Assembly (NCBI GenBank): GCA_002437735.1
Contig: DJRC01000081.1
Coordinates: 1-48,369, forward strand
DNA: 48,369 nucleotides
Source: Oscillospiraceae bacterium UBA6370
Lineage (GTDB): Bacteria; Bacillota; Clostridia; Oscillospirales; Oscillospiraceae
Reading direction: 5' to 3'
In this document: positions 35,851 through 45,949 of the stretch, in pieces
How the letters are laid out: each line of letters starts with the position of its first letter
Numbering within the stretch: the stretch's first letter is position 1
Notes under the pieces: model-generated
The model's input: only the letters and a program-made list of their open reading frames with translations
The model's database searches: none
What the model was told of the DNA's origin: nothing
Translations under genes and position numbers: made by a program

Positions 35851-37367
35851 GCCTTGTGTCCTCCGATCTGGCGGTTCCGCTCGCGCGCGGTCGCTCCGTC
35901 GAGGTAGCTGCCGCCGCTGAGAATGGCGTTTTTGCCGTACTTTTTCTTGATGCCCAGCATGGCCTCCTGAATCCGGCGCTCCCGCTCCTGCCTGGCTTCC
36001 TCCTCCCGAAGCTGCCGCTCTCTCGCCACGGGATCGTCAAACAGACTGAACTGCACCGGCTGCTCCGGCTCGCGCAGGATACCCTCCTCGCGCACGAGCC
36101 GGTTGGCCGTGACGGTCAGGCGGCGGACCGTCAGCTTCGGGTCGGCCTTTTCGTCATAGATGCCGAGTACGGCGTCCACGATGCGGCGCGCCGAGGAGGT
36201 TTTCTGCCCCAGCGTCGCCGTGCCGTGCGCGTGCTTCGGGATCTTTCGGCCGTAAGGGTCGAGCACCGTCTCGCCGCGGTAGCTGCCGCTTGCCGTGTTT
36301 TCAATGTCGTATCCGACCGTCAGCGTGAGCTGATCGGTCACGAGCTGCTTTTCCAGCAGCTCCAGCGCGACTGCCTCGGCCATCTCCCGCACGACGAGCC
36401 GCGCCTTGTCATAGGAGTAGGGGCATTGCAGCACCTGACCGGAGCTGATGCTGTTCGTTTCCGGCCGGTAGGCCTTGATATCCACCATGCGGCACGGCTC
36501 CCAGCCCCAGGCGTGGTCGATGAGCAGCTCGGCGTTGACGCCGAAGAGCTTGTAGAGAAGCCCCTCGTTATAATACTCGTTCGGCTTCCCGATGGAGCAG
36601 CGCGCGACGTCGCCCATCGTGTACAGCCCGTGCTCTTCCAGCTTTTTCGCGTAGCCGCGGCCCACGCGCCAGAAGTCCGTCAGCGGACGGTGCTCCCAAA
36701 GCAGCGCACGGTAGCTCCGCTCGTCGAGCTGCGCGATGCGCACGCCGTTCTCGTCCGGCGGAACGCGCTTGGCCATCATGTCCATGGCCACCTTGCAGAG
36801 ATAGAGATTGCTGCCGATGCCCGCCGTCGCCGTGATGCCCGTCGTGTGCAGCACGTCGAGGATCATGGTCTTCGCCAGCTCGCGGGCGGTCGTGCGGTAG
36901 GTCTCCAGATAGCCGGTGACGTCCATCAGCACCTCGTCGATGGAGTAGGTGTGGATATCCTCGGGAGAGACGTACTTGAGGTAGATGCCGTAGATCTGCA
37001 TACTGACCTCGATGTATTTCGCCATGCGCGGCGGCGCCACCAGATAGTCGACCGCGAGGGACGCGTCGGCCTTCAGCGCGAGATCGTCCGCGCTCCTTCC
37101 GGTCAGCCGGCCGCCCGGCGCGCGGCGCTGCCGCTCGGCGTTGACCTGCCGCACACGCTCGATCACCTCGAAGAGCCGCGCACGGCCCGGGATGCCGTAG
37201 GCCTTCAGCGCCGGCGACACCGCGAGGCAGATGGTCTTTTCCGTGCGGCTCGGATCCGCTACTACAAGGTTTGTCCGCATCGGGTCCAGGCCGCGCTCCA
37301 TGCATTCCACGGACGCGTAATACGACTTGAGATCAATGGCGATATAGGTCCGTTCGTTTTGCGGCAT
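35847..37367 (-). CDS. Y-family DNA polymerase (UmuC/DinB-like)
   Basis: IAIDLKSYYASVEC, YSIDE, TAGIG.NLYL.KVAMD, C-terminal IGGHKA. Confidence 0.93.
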   Translation of the reverse strand: MPQNERTYIAIDLKSYYASVECMERGLDPMRTNLVVADPSRTEKTICLAVSPALKAYGIPGRARLFEVIERVRQVNAERQRRAPGGRLTGRSADDLALKADASLAVDYLVAPPRMAKYIEVSMQIYGIYLKYVSPEDIHTYSIDEVLMDVTGYLETYRTTARELAKTMILDVLHTTGITATAGIGSNLYLCKVAMDMMAKRVPPDENGVRIAQLDERSYRALLWEHRPLTDFWRVGRGYAKKLEEHGLYTMGDVARCSIGKPNEYYNEGLLYKLFGVNAELLIDHAWGWEPCRMVDIKAYRPETNSISSGQVLQCPYSYDKARLVVREMAEAVALELLEKQLVTDQLTLTVGYDIENTASGSYRGETVLDPYGRKIPKHAHGTATLGQKTSSARRIVDAVLGIYDEKADPKLTVRRLTVTANRLVREEGILREPEQPVQFSLFDDPVARERQLREEEARQERERRIQEAMLGIKKKYGKNAILSGGSYLDGATARERNRQIGGHKA

Positions 37368-37392
37368 GGCGCAGCCCTCCCCTCTGTCGGAC

Positions 37393-37427
37393 AGTATACC
37401 ACAACGCTTAGACTGGAACAAGAGTTT
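37393..37427 (-). promoter_or_regulatory. Promoter overlapped by an imperfect Firmicutes LexA box
   Basis: Minus strand TTGTTC-17 nt-TATACT with extended TG; GAAC-aaga-GTTT at 37416-37427 covers the -35. Confidence 0.65.
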
Positions 37428-37460
37428 TATTTTAGAATATTTTGCCACCGAGAGAGCCGC

Positions 37461-39260
37461 TCAGCGGGTGAGGGCGTCGAGCTCATCGACCAGCTCGCCG
37501 AACATGGCGAGCGCGGCGTCGACCGGCGCGGGGGTGCTCATATCCACGCCCGCGAGCTTCAGAAGCGAGATGGGGTCGGTGCTGCTGCCGCCGGAAAGGA
37601 AGCGCTTGTAGTCCGCGACGGCAGGCGTCCCCTCGCGCAGGATGCGGTCGGCGAGAGCGACCGCGGCGGAGAAGCCGGTGGCGTACTGGAACACATAGTA
37701 GTTGTAGTAGAAGTGCGGGATGCGTGCCCACTCAAGCGCGATCTGCGGGTCGCTCACCATATCGGGCCCGAAGTAGAGGCGGTTGAGCGCGAGGTATTTT
37801 TCGTCCAGCGCGTCGGCGGTCAGCGTCTCGCCGCGCTCTGCCATGCGCCCCAGCTCGCGCTCGAACTCGGCAAACATCGTCTGGCGGTAGACCGTGCCCT
37901 TGAACTGGTCGAGGAAGTGATTAATGAGATAGGCGCGCTCGCGCTTGTCGGTGCTCTTGCTCAGCAGATACCGCATGAGCAGCACCTCGTTGCAGGTCGA
38001 GGCGACCTCGGCGACGAAGATGACGTAATCGCTCGTGCAGACAGGCTGATTTTTGCAGCTCAGATAGCTGTGCATGGCGTGGCCCATCTCGTGCGCGATG
38101 GTGAACTGGCTGTCGAGGTCGTCGGTGTGGTTGAGCAGGACATAGGGGTGCGGGCGCGCGATGCCGGAGGAGTACGCGCCGCCGCGCTTGCCGACGTTGG
38201 GATACACGTCGAGCCAGCGATGGTCGAAGCCCTCGCGCAGCATGGCGGTGTAATCCTCGCCGAGCACAGCGAGCGCGTCGAGCACGGTGGCCTTCGCCTG
38301 CTCAAAGGGGATCTCCTCCGCCACGTCGGGGACGATGGGCGTATAGACGTCGTACATATGCAGCTCGTCCACGCCGAGCAGACGGCGGCGCAGGGCGACA
38401 TAGCGGTACATCTTGTCGAGGTTCGCATGGACGCTCTCGATGAGACTGTCGTAAACGCTCACCGGCACCTCGGTCGCGTCGAGCGCGGCGTCGAGCGTGG
38501 AGGGGTATCTGCGCGCGTTCGCAAAAAAGCGCAGCTGCTTGAACTGCGCGTCAAGCGTCGCGGCGAGCGTATTGCGGTAGCTGCCGAGCGTGGCGTAGTA
38601 GGTCTCAAACGCATTGCGCCGCAGCGTGCGGTCGCCGCTCTGGAGCAGGGGGACAAAGGTCGCGTCGGTCAGCGGCTGCTCCGTGCCCGCGCCGTCGGTC
38701 ACAGCGGAAAAGCGGAGGTCGGCGTTGTGGAACACGCCGAAGATGGCGTCGGGGCTGTCGGCCATCTCGCCGGCATTCGCCAGCAGCGCCTCGCACTCCG
38801 GGGAGAGGATGTGCGCCCTGCGGCGGCGGACCTGCTCGATGGGGCGGCGATAGGTCGTCAGCCCCGGCTGCTCGGCGTAGAAGCGCGTGAGCGTTTCATC
38901 GCTGAGCGCAAGCAGCTCGCTCGCAGCGAACGCGCCCGCGCCGGAGAGCGTGACGGACAGACTCAGCGCCTTGCCGCGCAGATCCTGATAAAAGCCGTTC
39001 GAGGTGTCCTCGTCCGCCTTGCAGTTGGCGTAGCCATAAAGCCGGCCGACGCGGACGTTCAGCTCATCGTCGAGCCGGAAATAGGCCAGCAGCGTCTCCG
39101 CGCTCTCACCGAGGCGGCCCCGATAGGCGGCGACTGCTTCGGTGTAGGGCTTGAGCGCCTCGTACTCGGACTTCCACGCCTCGTCCGAGGGGAAGATGTC
39201 GGTAAGGTCCCATGTAAACTCGGCAGCGACCTCGCTGCGCTTGCGAATCGGCTTAGACAT
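37461..39260 (-). CDS. pepF: Oligoendopeptidase F (M3B)
   Basis: TWDL..IF, GKRGGAYS, HEMGH, AEVAST.NE, WARIPHFY. Confidence 0.95.
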   Translation of the reverse strand: MSKPIRKRSEVAAEFTWDLTDIFPSDEAWKSEYEALKPYTEAVAAYRGRLGESAETLLAYFRLDDELNVRVGRLYGYANCKADEDTSNGFYQDLRGKALSLSVTLSGAGAFAASELLALSDETLTRFYAEQPGLTTYRRPIEQVRRRRAHILSPECEALLANAGEMADSPDAIFGVFHNADLRFSAVTDGAGTEQPLTDATFVPLLQSGDRTLRRNAFETYYATLGSYRNTLAATLDAQFKQLRFFANARRYPSTLDAALDATEVPVSVYDSLIESVHANLDKMYRYVALRRRLLGVDELHMYDVYTPIVPDVAEEIPFEQAKATVLDALAVLGEDYTAMLREGFDHRWLDVYPNVGKRGGAYSSGIARPHPYVLLNHTDDLDSQFTIAHEMGHAMHSYLSCKNQPVCTSDYVIFVAEVASTCNEVLLMRYLLSKSTDKRERAYLINHFLDQFKGTVYRQTMFAEFERELGRMAERGETLTADALDEKYLALNRLYFGPDMVSDPQIALEWARIPHFYYNYYVFQYATGFSAAVALADRILREGTPAVADYKRFLSGGSSTDPISLLKLAGVDMSTPAPVDAALAMFGELVDELDALTR

Positions 39261-39426
39261 AAAGCAACCTCCTTGGGGAAAAATCCTGTCCCTATTATGT
39301 GCAAAAAAGCCGCTGCGCGCAAGCCTTTTTTGGCGCACGCCGCGGCAAATTCCGTTTCCGCTCACCGCAGCTCGGCGGTAAATCGGATCCCATCGCCGCG
39401 ATCCGGATGTGTTTTCCGGAAAACGC

Positions 39427-39493
39427 TTGACTTTTATACATCAAAGCTTTAGAATAACAAAGTCCAGACCCCTGCGGGTCGGGACTTTGTTAT
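39427..39493 (+). promoter_or_regulatory. Promoter with long inverted repeat over the start site
   Basis: TTGACT(39427)-17 nt-TAGAAT(39450); IR ataacaaagtcc.gaccc-ctgc-gggtc.ggactttgttat (39454-39493). Confidence 0.6.
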
Positions 39494-39552
39494 GATTACG
39501 GAAGGAAACGGGCCGCCCTGTCGGGATGCGGACGGCCCAAGGGGAGAACATC

Positions 39553-40884
39553 ATGAAGCACACAAAAAACACGAAGAGCTTTGCCAGCCGATGGGGCTTT
39601 ATTCTGGCCTCGGTCGGCTCGGCGGTCGGCATGGCCAACGTATGGGGCTTTCCCAACAAGCTGGGCAGCAACGGCGGCGGGGCCTTTTTGCTGATCTACC
39701 TGCTGTTCGTGTTCATTTTCAGCTACGTCGGCCTGCCGGCGGAGTTTGCGATGGGCCGCCGCGCGGCGACCGGTACGCTGGGCGCCTATGAAAATGCCTG
39801 GGCGACACGCGGCAGGAGCGCGGGCAAGGCCGGCGGACTGCTCGGCTGGCTGCCGCTGGCGGGCTCCATGTGCATCGCCATCGGCTATGCCGTCATCGTG
39901 ACCTACATTCTCAAGGCGCTGGTGGATTCCCTCCTCGGCACCCTCATGAACGCGGACACCGCCGCGTGGTTCGGAGCCTTCTCCGGCACGCCCTACTCGG
40001 TCATTCCCTATCACATCGTCGTGGTCGTCGGCACGCTGCTGACACTCTTCCTCGGCGCACACAGCATCGAAAAGACCAACAAGGTCATGATGCCGCTCTT
40101 TTTCCTCATCTTCCTCGTTCTGGCGGTGCGCGTGGCGCTGCTGCCGAACGCGGCGGAGGGCTATCTTTTCATGTTCACCCCGCGCTGGGAGGCTCTGACC
40201 GATCCGATGATCTGGATCTGGGCGATGGGGCAGGCGTTCTTCTCGCTGTCCGTCACCGGCAGCGGTATGATCGTCTACGGCGCGTACCTCTCCAAGGACG
40301 AGGACGTGGTGGACGTCGCGCAGCACACGGCGCTCTTTGACACCATCGCCGCCGTGGTCGCGGCGCTGGTCATTATCCCCGCCTGCTTCTCCTACGGACT
40401 GGACGTCGGCGCGGGCCCGAGCCTGCTGTTCGTCACGCTGCCGACCATTCTGCAGGATATCCCGCTCGGCCGCCTGTTTGCCATCATTCTCTACGTTGCG
40501 ATGATCTTCGCGGGCGTCAGCTCGCTGCAGAATATGTTCGAGGCCGTTGCGGAATCCCTGATGCACAAGTTCCCCAGGCTCAGCCGCACGGCGGTGCTGG
40601 TGATCCTGTGCGTGGTGTGCCTCGGCTTCGGCATCGGCATGGAGACCATCGACAAGTGGGGCCCGTGGATGGATCTCGTCTCCATTTACATCATTCCCAT
40701 CGGCGCAACGCTCGGCGCGATCTCCTGGTTCTATGTGATGAAGAAGGCCGAGCTGCTCGACGCCGTCAACACCGGCAGCGGCAAGCTGCGCGGAAGTCTC
40801 TGGTACAGCGTGGGGCGCTACGTCTATGTCCCGCTGGCTGTGATCCTCTGCTGCGTGGCGCTGTTCATGCACGTCGCGTTCTGA
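39553..40884 (+). CDS. Sodium-dependent transporter (NSS/SNF family)
   Basis: GFILASVGSAVGMANVWGFP, NGGGAFL, GQAFFSLS, GPSLLFVTLP. Confidence 0.95.
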   Translation: MKHTKNTKSFASRWGFILASVGSAVGMANVWGFPNKLGSNGGGAFLLIYLLFVFIFSYVGLPAEFAMGRRAATGTLGAYENAWATRGRSAGKAGGLLGWLPLAGSMCIAIGYAVIVTYILKALVDSLLGTLMNADTAAWFGAFSGTPYSVIPYHIVVVVGTLLTLFLGAHSIEKTNKVMMPLFFLIFLVLAVRVALLPNAAEGYLFMFTPRWEALTDPMIWIWAMGQAFFSLSVTGSGMIVYGAYLSKDEDVVDVAQHTALFDTIAAVVAALVIIPACFSYGLDVGAGPSLLFVTLPTILQDIPLGRLFAIILYVAMIFAGVSSLQNMFEAVAESLMHKFPRLSRTAVLVILCVVCLGFGIGMETIDKWGPWMDLVSIYIIPIGATLGAISWFYVMKKAELLDAVNTGSGKLRGSLWYSVGRYVYVPLAVILCCVALFMHVAF

Positions 40885-40940
40885 GAAGGAACGGGGAGCA
40901 CGAATGGCGTACAATATTCGGTTATTCCGTCCTTAATTGC

Positions 40941-40986
40941 AAAAAGAGGCCCTGCTATCGTTTGCTGAAAGCAGGGCTCTTTTTTC
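40941..40986. terminator. Bidirectional terminator
   Basis: aaaaagaggccctgct...agcagggctctttttt between convergent genes. Confidence 0.75.
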
Positions 40987-40990
40987 TTCC

Positions 40991-42859
40991 TTATGCCGCC
41001 GGCGCCGTCTCGGACGTCTGCGGCGTCTCCGGCACGACCGGTGTCTGTGCCGGATCGGTCACCGGCACACCCGGATCGACAGCCGATGCGCCCGGATCCG
41101 TTGCCGGCACATTCGGGTCGCTCCCCGGGACCGTCGGGTCGCTCCCCGGCGCGGTCGGATCGACCGACGGATCCGCCGCCTTGCCGACGAGAATGATGCG
41201 GTTGCGGCTCTTGTAGCGGCTCGTCGCCTCATAGGTCGAGGAGAGCAGCGTCCCGTCGCCCGCGTACACGTTGCGGTAGGTCTTGACCACATAGCCGGTG
41301 TACGGCGTCTGCTCCACCTTCTGCTCGCCCGGCGCGAGCGTGTCGGTCTCGACAAGTTCCTCCTCATAGGGCGTCGTGCTAATCAGCTCCGTCACTATCT
41401 TCACATAGTGGTCGTCGGTCCTGGTGCCGAGAAGGGTAATCTTGATGTAGTCCTTTTTATCCTTCGTGAAAAAGTCCGCCTGCACCTTGATGGGGTAGAG
41501 CGTGTTGTTGCGGAACTCAAACTCCGGTCCGCCGCTCGCCACCGTCGCGTCGAGCCCGAGGCCGATGTAGTCGGAGGCGTAGCCGTGGTTCACGCGCTGC
41601 ACGATCTCAAGGTTCGCGTACAGCACCGCCGCGTAGAGCGTCGAGCTCGCCTGACACGCGCCGCCGCCGATCATATCCACGGTCTTGCCGTTGAGATAGC
41701 CCGGTGCGGGCGAATAGCCGTTTTCCGCCGTGAACGGCGTCACCAGCGGGCCGTACTTCATCGTGTCGCCCGCGTTGAGGATGTAGCCCGTGATGCGCTC
41801 CGCCGTCAGCTTCACGTTCTTGTGCCGCCCCGGCGCGCCGCCGACGCGCGTGGTGTAGCTGCTCAGCTCGTCGCGGAACAGTCCCGCCTCCAGCTGCTCG
41901 GTCGTGACCTCCGGCCGTTCGACCGTCGCCCGGACGGTGAAGATCTCCCCCGGCGCCGCCGTATCGTAGGCGCTCTGCAAGTCTTTGAGCGTGAAATGGA
42001 CTCCCGCACGGCTCGGGATAATCTTCTCATTTTCAATATCGTAGCTCGCGTTGACCTTCTCGCCCACGAGCTTTTCCCGCTCCGCCGCCAGATCGACCGC
42101 CTGCGCGGGTACGGTCTCGTAGATCGCCTCCGCGTCCGGATTGCCGTACAGCGTCACCTGAAGCGGGTAGCCCCCGCCAAGGTATGCGCCGCGCAGCGCG
42201 TCGCCGATCACACGCCGCGCCTGCTCCCGGTCCGGGATATGGCGGCCGCCCCTGCTTTTGGTCACGCTGACCTCGTTCTCAGCCGTCAGAGCGACGGCAA
42301 ACTCCACCGGCTCGCACTCCAGCGCGTCCAGCACCGGCTCCGCCGCCGCATAAAACGGCTCTCCGGATACGATGCCCTCCTCATGCTCGATAAAAAGCGA
42401 GAAAAGGAAGCTCACGCCGCTCTTGAAAAAGCCGTCGCCCTTCGCGCTGCGCACCCACGCCAGCGTATCCGCGGCCTTCCGGCAGTCGATGTCCGCCGGA
42501 ATATCGCCTAGCGCCACACCCGCGATCACCTCGCGGCTGTCTCCCTCCATCACGGCAAAGTCGAGCCGCGCGCCCTGCGCGTCAATGACCCGCCGCGCCA
42601 GCTCCGCCGCCGCCTGCTCCTCGGTCATGCCGCCGTAATCCACGCCGCCGACCGTTGTGTTGGGATAGATGGTCCCGCTCAGCGTCGCGTAGGCGCACAG
42701 TCCCAGATACGCTGCAGCCAGCACACCGAGCGCGATACCGGCAATGAGCCAGACCCTTTTGCCGCCCTTCGCCAGACGCTTGCCGCCCTTGTCGGCGCTC
42801 TCCGCCGTCTCCGCGGCCTCGTTTCTCTTTTCCTCAAAGGCACCCAGGTTTTCTTCCAT
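40991..42859 (-). CDS. VanW-domain protein with G5 domain, N-terminal TM helix and Pro-rich tail
   Basis: GGGACQASSTLY, GLDATV and FRNNT.YP; G5-like TYRNVY...S.Y; DP-x5 repeats. Confidence 0.9.
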   Translation of the reverse strand: MEENLGAFEEKRNEAAETAESADKGGKRLAKGGKRVWLIAGIALGVLAAAYLGLCAYATLSGTIYPNTTVGGVDYGGMTEEQAAAELARRVIDAQGARLDFAVMEGDSREVIAGVALGDIPADIDCRKAADTLAWVRSAKGDGFFKSGVSFLFSLFIEHEEGIVSGEPFYAAAEPVLDALECEPVEFAVALTAENEVSVTKSRGGRHIPDREQARRVIGDALRGAYLGGGYPLQVTLYGNPDAEAIYETVPAQAVDLAAEREKLVGEKVNASYDIENEKIIPSRAGVHFTLKDLQSAYDTAAPGEIFTVRATVERPEVTTEQLEAGLFRDELSSYTTRVGGAPGRHKNVKLTAERITGYILNAGDTMKYGPLVTPFTAENGYSPAPGYLNGKTVDMIGGGACQASSTLYAAVLYANLEIVQRVNHGYASDYIGLGLDATVASGGPEFEFRNNTLYPIKVQADFFTKDKKDYIKITLLGTRTDDHYVKIVTELISTTPYEEELVETDTLAPGEQKVEQTPYTGYVVKTYRNVYAGDGTLLSSTYEATSRYKSRNRIILVGKAADPSVDPTAPGSDPTVPGSDPNVPATDPGASAVDPGVPVTDPAQTPVVPETPQTSETAPAA

Positions 42860-42971
42860 TCCGGCACCCTCCTGCTGTTCTGAATCAATATCCCGCTGTG
42901 TATACCACAGCCAGTCTATTGCAGTATAGCATAGATTTTGCGAAAAAGAGTAACGATTTGGTTACAATTTT

Positions 42972-43793
42972 TTACGCCGTTTTGGCAGCCCCCGCGCGCG
43001 GGATGCGGATGGTCAGCCGGATCTCCTCGTCCGTGTCCTCCCGCTCGCACGCAGCGTCCACCCCCGCGCGCTGCATGATACCCATGCTCCGCCGGATGGT
43101 GTTGAGAAACAGCCGCACGTCCTTCACGATGAACGTCGGCCTCCGCCGCGGCGGCGTGACCGCCGCGCGCTGCAAAACCGACTCGATGTACGCCTCCGCC
43201 TGCGCCACATTGCAGCCCCGCTCCACAATGACGCGCAGCGCCGCCAGACGCTCGTTCTCGTCGCTCAATCGCAGCAGAGCGCGCGCGTGCCGTTCGGAAA
43301 GTCCGCCCTCGCGCAGCAGCGCCACGCACGCGGGCGAGAGCCGCAGCAGCCTCAGCTTGTTCGCCACCGCGCTCTGCGACTTGCCAAGCCTCTCCGCCGC
43401 CTGCTCCTGCGACAGGCCGTAGACCGCGATGAGCTTCGCGATGGCGGCGGCCTCCTCCATGTAGTGCAGGTCCTGCCGCTGCAAATTTTCGATCAGCGAG
43501 AGCAGCGCCGACTCCTCCTCGTCCGACCGCACCGCAAGGCACGGCACCTCCCGCAGCCCCGCGAGCTTCGCCGCCCGCAGCCGCCGCTCTCCCGCGATCA
43601 GCTCGTAGCCGTCCTTTCCGCGCCGCACGGTCAGCGGCTGCAAAATGCCGTAGCGCCCGATGCTCTTCGCCAGCTCGCGCAGCGCCTCCGGCTCAAAGTA
43701 TTTCCGCGGCTGATCGGGATTCGCGCGGATCGCGTCCACGCTCAGATACAGCACGCGCCGGCCCGTCCACATTCCCTTGTGCATGATCTCCAT
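42972..43793 (-). CDS. ParB/Spo0J/Noc family protein
   Basis: NPDQPRK.F, GILQPLTVR, LIAGERRLRA, ENLQRQDL, HTH; no adjacent parA. Confidence 0.92.
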   Translation of the reverse strand: MEIMHKGMWTGRRVLYLSVDAIRANPDQPRKYFEPEALRELAKSIGRYGILQPLTVRRGKDGYELIAGERRLRAAKLAGLREVPCLAVRSDEEESALLSLIENLQRQDLHYMEEAAAIAKLIAVYGLSQEQAAERLGKSQSAVANKLRLLRLSPACVALLREGGLSERHARALLRLSDENERLAALRVIVERGCNVAQAEAYIESVLQRAAVTPPRRRPTFIVKDVRLFLNTIRRSMGIMQRAGVDAACEREDTDEEIRLTIRIPRAGAAKTA

Positions 43794-43978
43794 GGTGTCC
43801 CCTCCTATCGCGGTCTCCCCCGCATCCTTGTCCCCATTCTAAAAGCGGCGGCACGCAAAGCCGCGCGAATTTTGTCAGGGAATCGGGAAAATTTTTATTT
43901 CCCCGATCTTCCTATTTACGAATCGCTCCGCTTCGTGTAAAATAAGGGAACTTATGATCGAACGAAGGGAGGCGCGCT

Positions 43979-44893
43979 ATGGCCGGCTATGTTCTGCACC
44001 TAAGCGAGCAGGAGAATATCACCCTGTCCGCCGCCGTGACGCGCCGCCTGATCGACGGCGGGGACGGCGACGCCGCCCTGCTCTACCTCTGCCTGCTCAA
44101 AAACCGCGGCAGCGCCTCCCCCGAAACGCTCCGCGCCGAGCTTCACTGGGACGAGGCGCGCCGCTCGCGCGCCGAGGCCGCCCTTGCCCGCATGGGACTC
44201 GTCAGCGCCCCGAAGCCGGAGGAGCCTGCACCCGCACCGCTCCCCGCGCCCAACGCCGAGCGCCCCGCTTACTCGCGCGAGGACGTCGCCCGCAAGTTAG
44301 AGCAGGACGCGAGCTTTTCCGCGCTTCTGCGCGAGGTCGAGCGCAAGCTCGGCCCGCTCTCCACGCCGTCCGTCGGCAAGCTCCTCGGTCTCTACGAGGA
44401 CCTCGGCCTGCCCGCCGATGTGCTCTTTCTCCTCGTCAACCACTGCATTGCCCGCCACGCCGCGCAGTACGGCGCGGGTCGGCTGCCCACCATGCGCCGG
44501 ATCGAGCAGGAGGGCTACGTCTGGGCGAGAAAGGGTCTACTTTCCTCGACCAGCGCGAACGACTACCTCAACGCCCTCCACGCGCGTGAGCAGAAATACC
44601 CCGCCTACATGGCGGTCCTTCAGCTCGGTGACCGCAGGCCCTCCCCGAGCGAGGAGAAATACCTCGCCGCCTGGGTGGACATGGGCTTCCCCGCCGAGAC
44701 CGTCGCCCTCGCGTATGATAAGACCGTCCTGCGCTGCCATGAATTCAAGTGGGCGTACTGCAACGGCATCCTAAAGCGCTGGCACGAAAAGGGGCTTCAC
44801 ACCCCCGCAGAGACCGCGGCGGAAAACGCCGCGCCGAAAAAAGAAGAAAAACCGTCCGGCGGCAAGAACGACTGGATGAAGCAATACCTGTAA
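43979..44893 (+). CDS. DnaD-domain replication protein
   Basis: Two DnaD-like repeats; YCNGILKRWHEKG. Confidence 0.85.
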   Translation: MAGYVLHLSEQENITLSAAVTRRLIDGGDGDAALLYLCLLKNRGSASPETLRAELHWDEARRSRAEAALARMGLVSAPKPEEPAPAPLPAPNAERPAYSREDVARKLEQDASFSALLREVERKLGPLSTPSVGKLLGLYEDLGLPADVLFLLVNHCIARHAAQYGAGRLPTMRRIEQEGYVWARKGLLSSTSANDYLNALHAREQKYPAYMAVLQLGDRRPSPSEEKYLAAWVDMGFPAETVALAYDKTVLRCHEFKWAYCNGILKRWHEKGLHTPAETAAENAAPKKEEKPSGGKNDWMKQYL

Positions 44894-44906
44894 GGGAGGG
44901 AACCTC

Positions 44907-45893
44907 ATGTCCTACGACGGAAAGCTCATGCGCCGCGCAATGGTCCGCTTCGAGGAAGCGAAGCAGCGCCGCGCCGACGCTCTGCACGCGCGTGAGTGCG
45001 CGGTCTACGCCGCCGTCCCCCGCATCGCGGAGATCGACGCCGCCCTGCGCGAGACCATGTCCAAGCTCATCGCCTCCGCCCTGCGCCGCGGCACGGACCC
45101 CCGCCCCGCCATCGAAGCGCTCAAGGAGGAAAACCTTGCCCTCCAGCGCGAGCGCGCCGAGCTGCTCGTCTCCCACGGCTATCCCGCCGACTACCTTGAG
45201 GATAAGCCCGGCTGCTCCCTCTGCGGCGACACCGGCTGGCGCGGCAGCGAGGTCTGCTCCTGTCTGAACGACTACTATGCCCGCGTCCAGCTCGAGGAGC
45301 TCTCCCGGCTCCTCGACCTCGGCACACAGAGCTTCGAGACCTTCTCCTTTGAAGTCTACTCCCCCTACGCTCCCCTCGATCAGGACATTTCTCCCCGCTC
45401 GAATATGGAGCGCATCTACGATGCCTGCCGTGACTACGCCTACGAATTTTCCCCCCGCAGCGGCAATCTTCTGCTCTCCGGCGATCCCGGACTGGGCAAG
45501 ACCTTCCTCTCTGCCTGCATCGCCCGCGTCGTCAGCGAGACGGGCCACTCCGTTGTCTACGACACCGCCGCCCACATCTTCGAGCGCTTCGAGGCGCAGA
45601 AATTCTCCCGCGACGAGACCGGCGGCGCGGACGAGGACGTTTCCCGCCTTCTCCGCTGCGACCTGCTCATCATCGACGATCTCGGCACCGAGCTGACCAC
45701 CGAGTTCGTCCGCAGCGCCCTCTACCAGATTGTCAACACACGCCTGATGACGAACAAAAAGACCATCATTTCCACCAACCTCTCCCCTGCCGAGCTCTCG
45801 CGCCGCTACGGCGCGAACATCCTCTCGCGCATCGAGGGCGCCTACCGCATCCTCCCCTTCTTCGGCGACGATATCCGCAAGCAGAAAAAGTAA
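44907..45893 (+). CDS. DnaC/IstB-like ATPase (helicase loader)
   Basis: CSLCGDTG..CSC zinc motif, GDPGLGKT, LLIIDDLGTE, ISTNL, SRI. Confidence 0.92.
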   Translation: MSYDGKLMRRAMVRFEEAKQRRADALHARECAVYAAVPRIAEIDAALRETMSKLIASALRRGTDPRPAIEALKEENLALQRERAELLVSHGYPADYLEDKPGCSLCGDTGWRGSEVCSCLNDYYARVQLEELSRLLDLGTQSFETFSFEVYSPYAPLDQDISPRSNMERIYDACRDYAYEFSPRSGNLLLSGDPGLGKTFLSACIARVVSETGHSVVYDTAAHIFERFEAQKFSRDETGGADEDVSRLLRCDLLIIDDLGTELTTEFVRSALYQIVNTRLMTNKKTIISTNLSPAELSRRYGANILSRIEGAYRILPFFGDDIRKQKK

Positions 45894-45902
45894 CGCATAC
45901 GC

Positions 45903-45944
45903 AAGGAAGCGGTCTCCCCGCAGGGAGACCGCTTCCTTCTTTTT
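45903..45944. terminator. Terminator between convergent genes
   Basis: aaggaagcggtctccc-cgca-gggagaccgcttcctt-ctttt. Confidence 0.85.
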
Positions 45945-45949
45945 ATTGT

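Noticed and set aside
35856..39452. 1198-aa + strand ORF
   Set aside because: Antisense shadow of pepF and the Y-family polymerase.
42972..45893. ParB + DnaD + DnaC-like genes as a second prophage or plasmid replicon
   Set aside because: Flanked by housekeeping VanW and mreD-mrdA genes, with no integrase or phage genes; consistent with a chromosomal locus.
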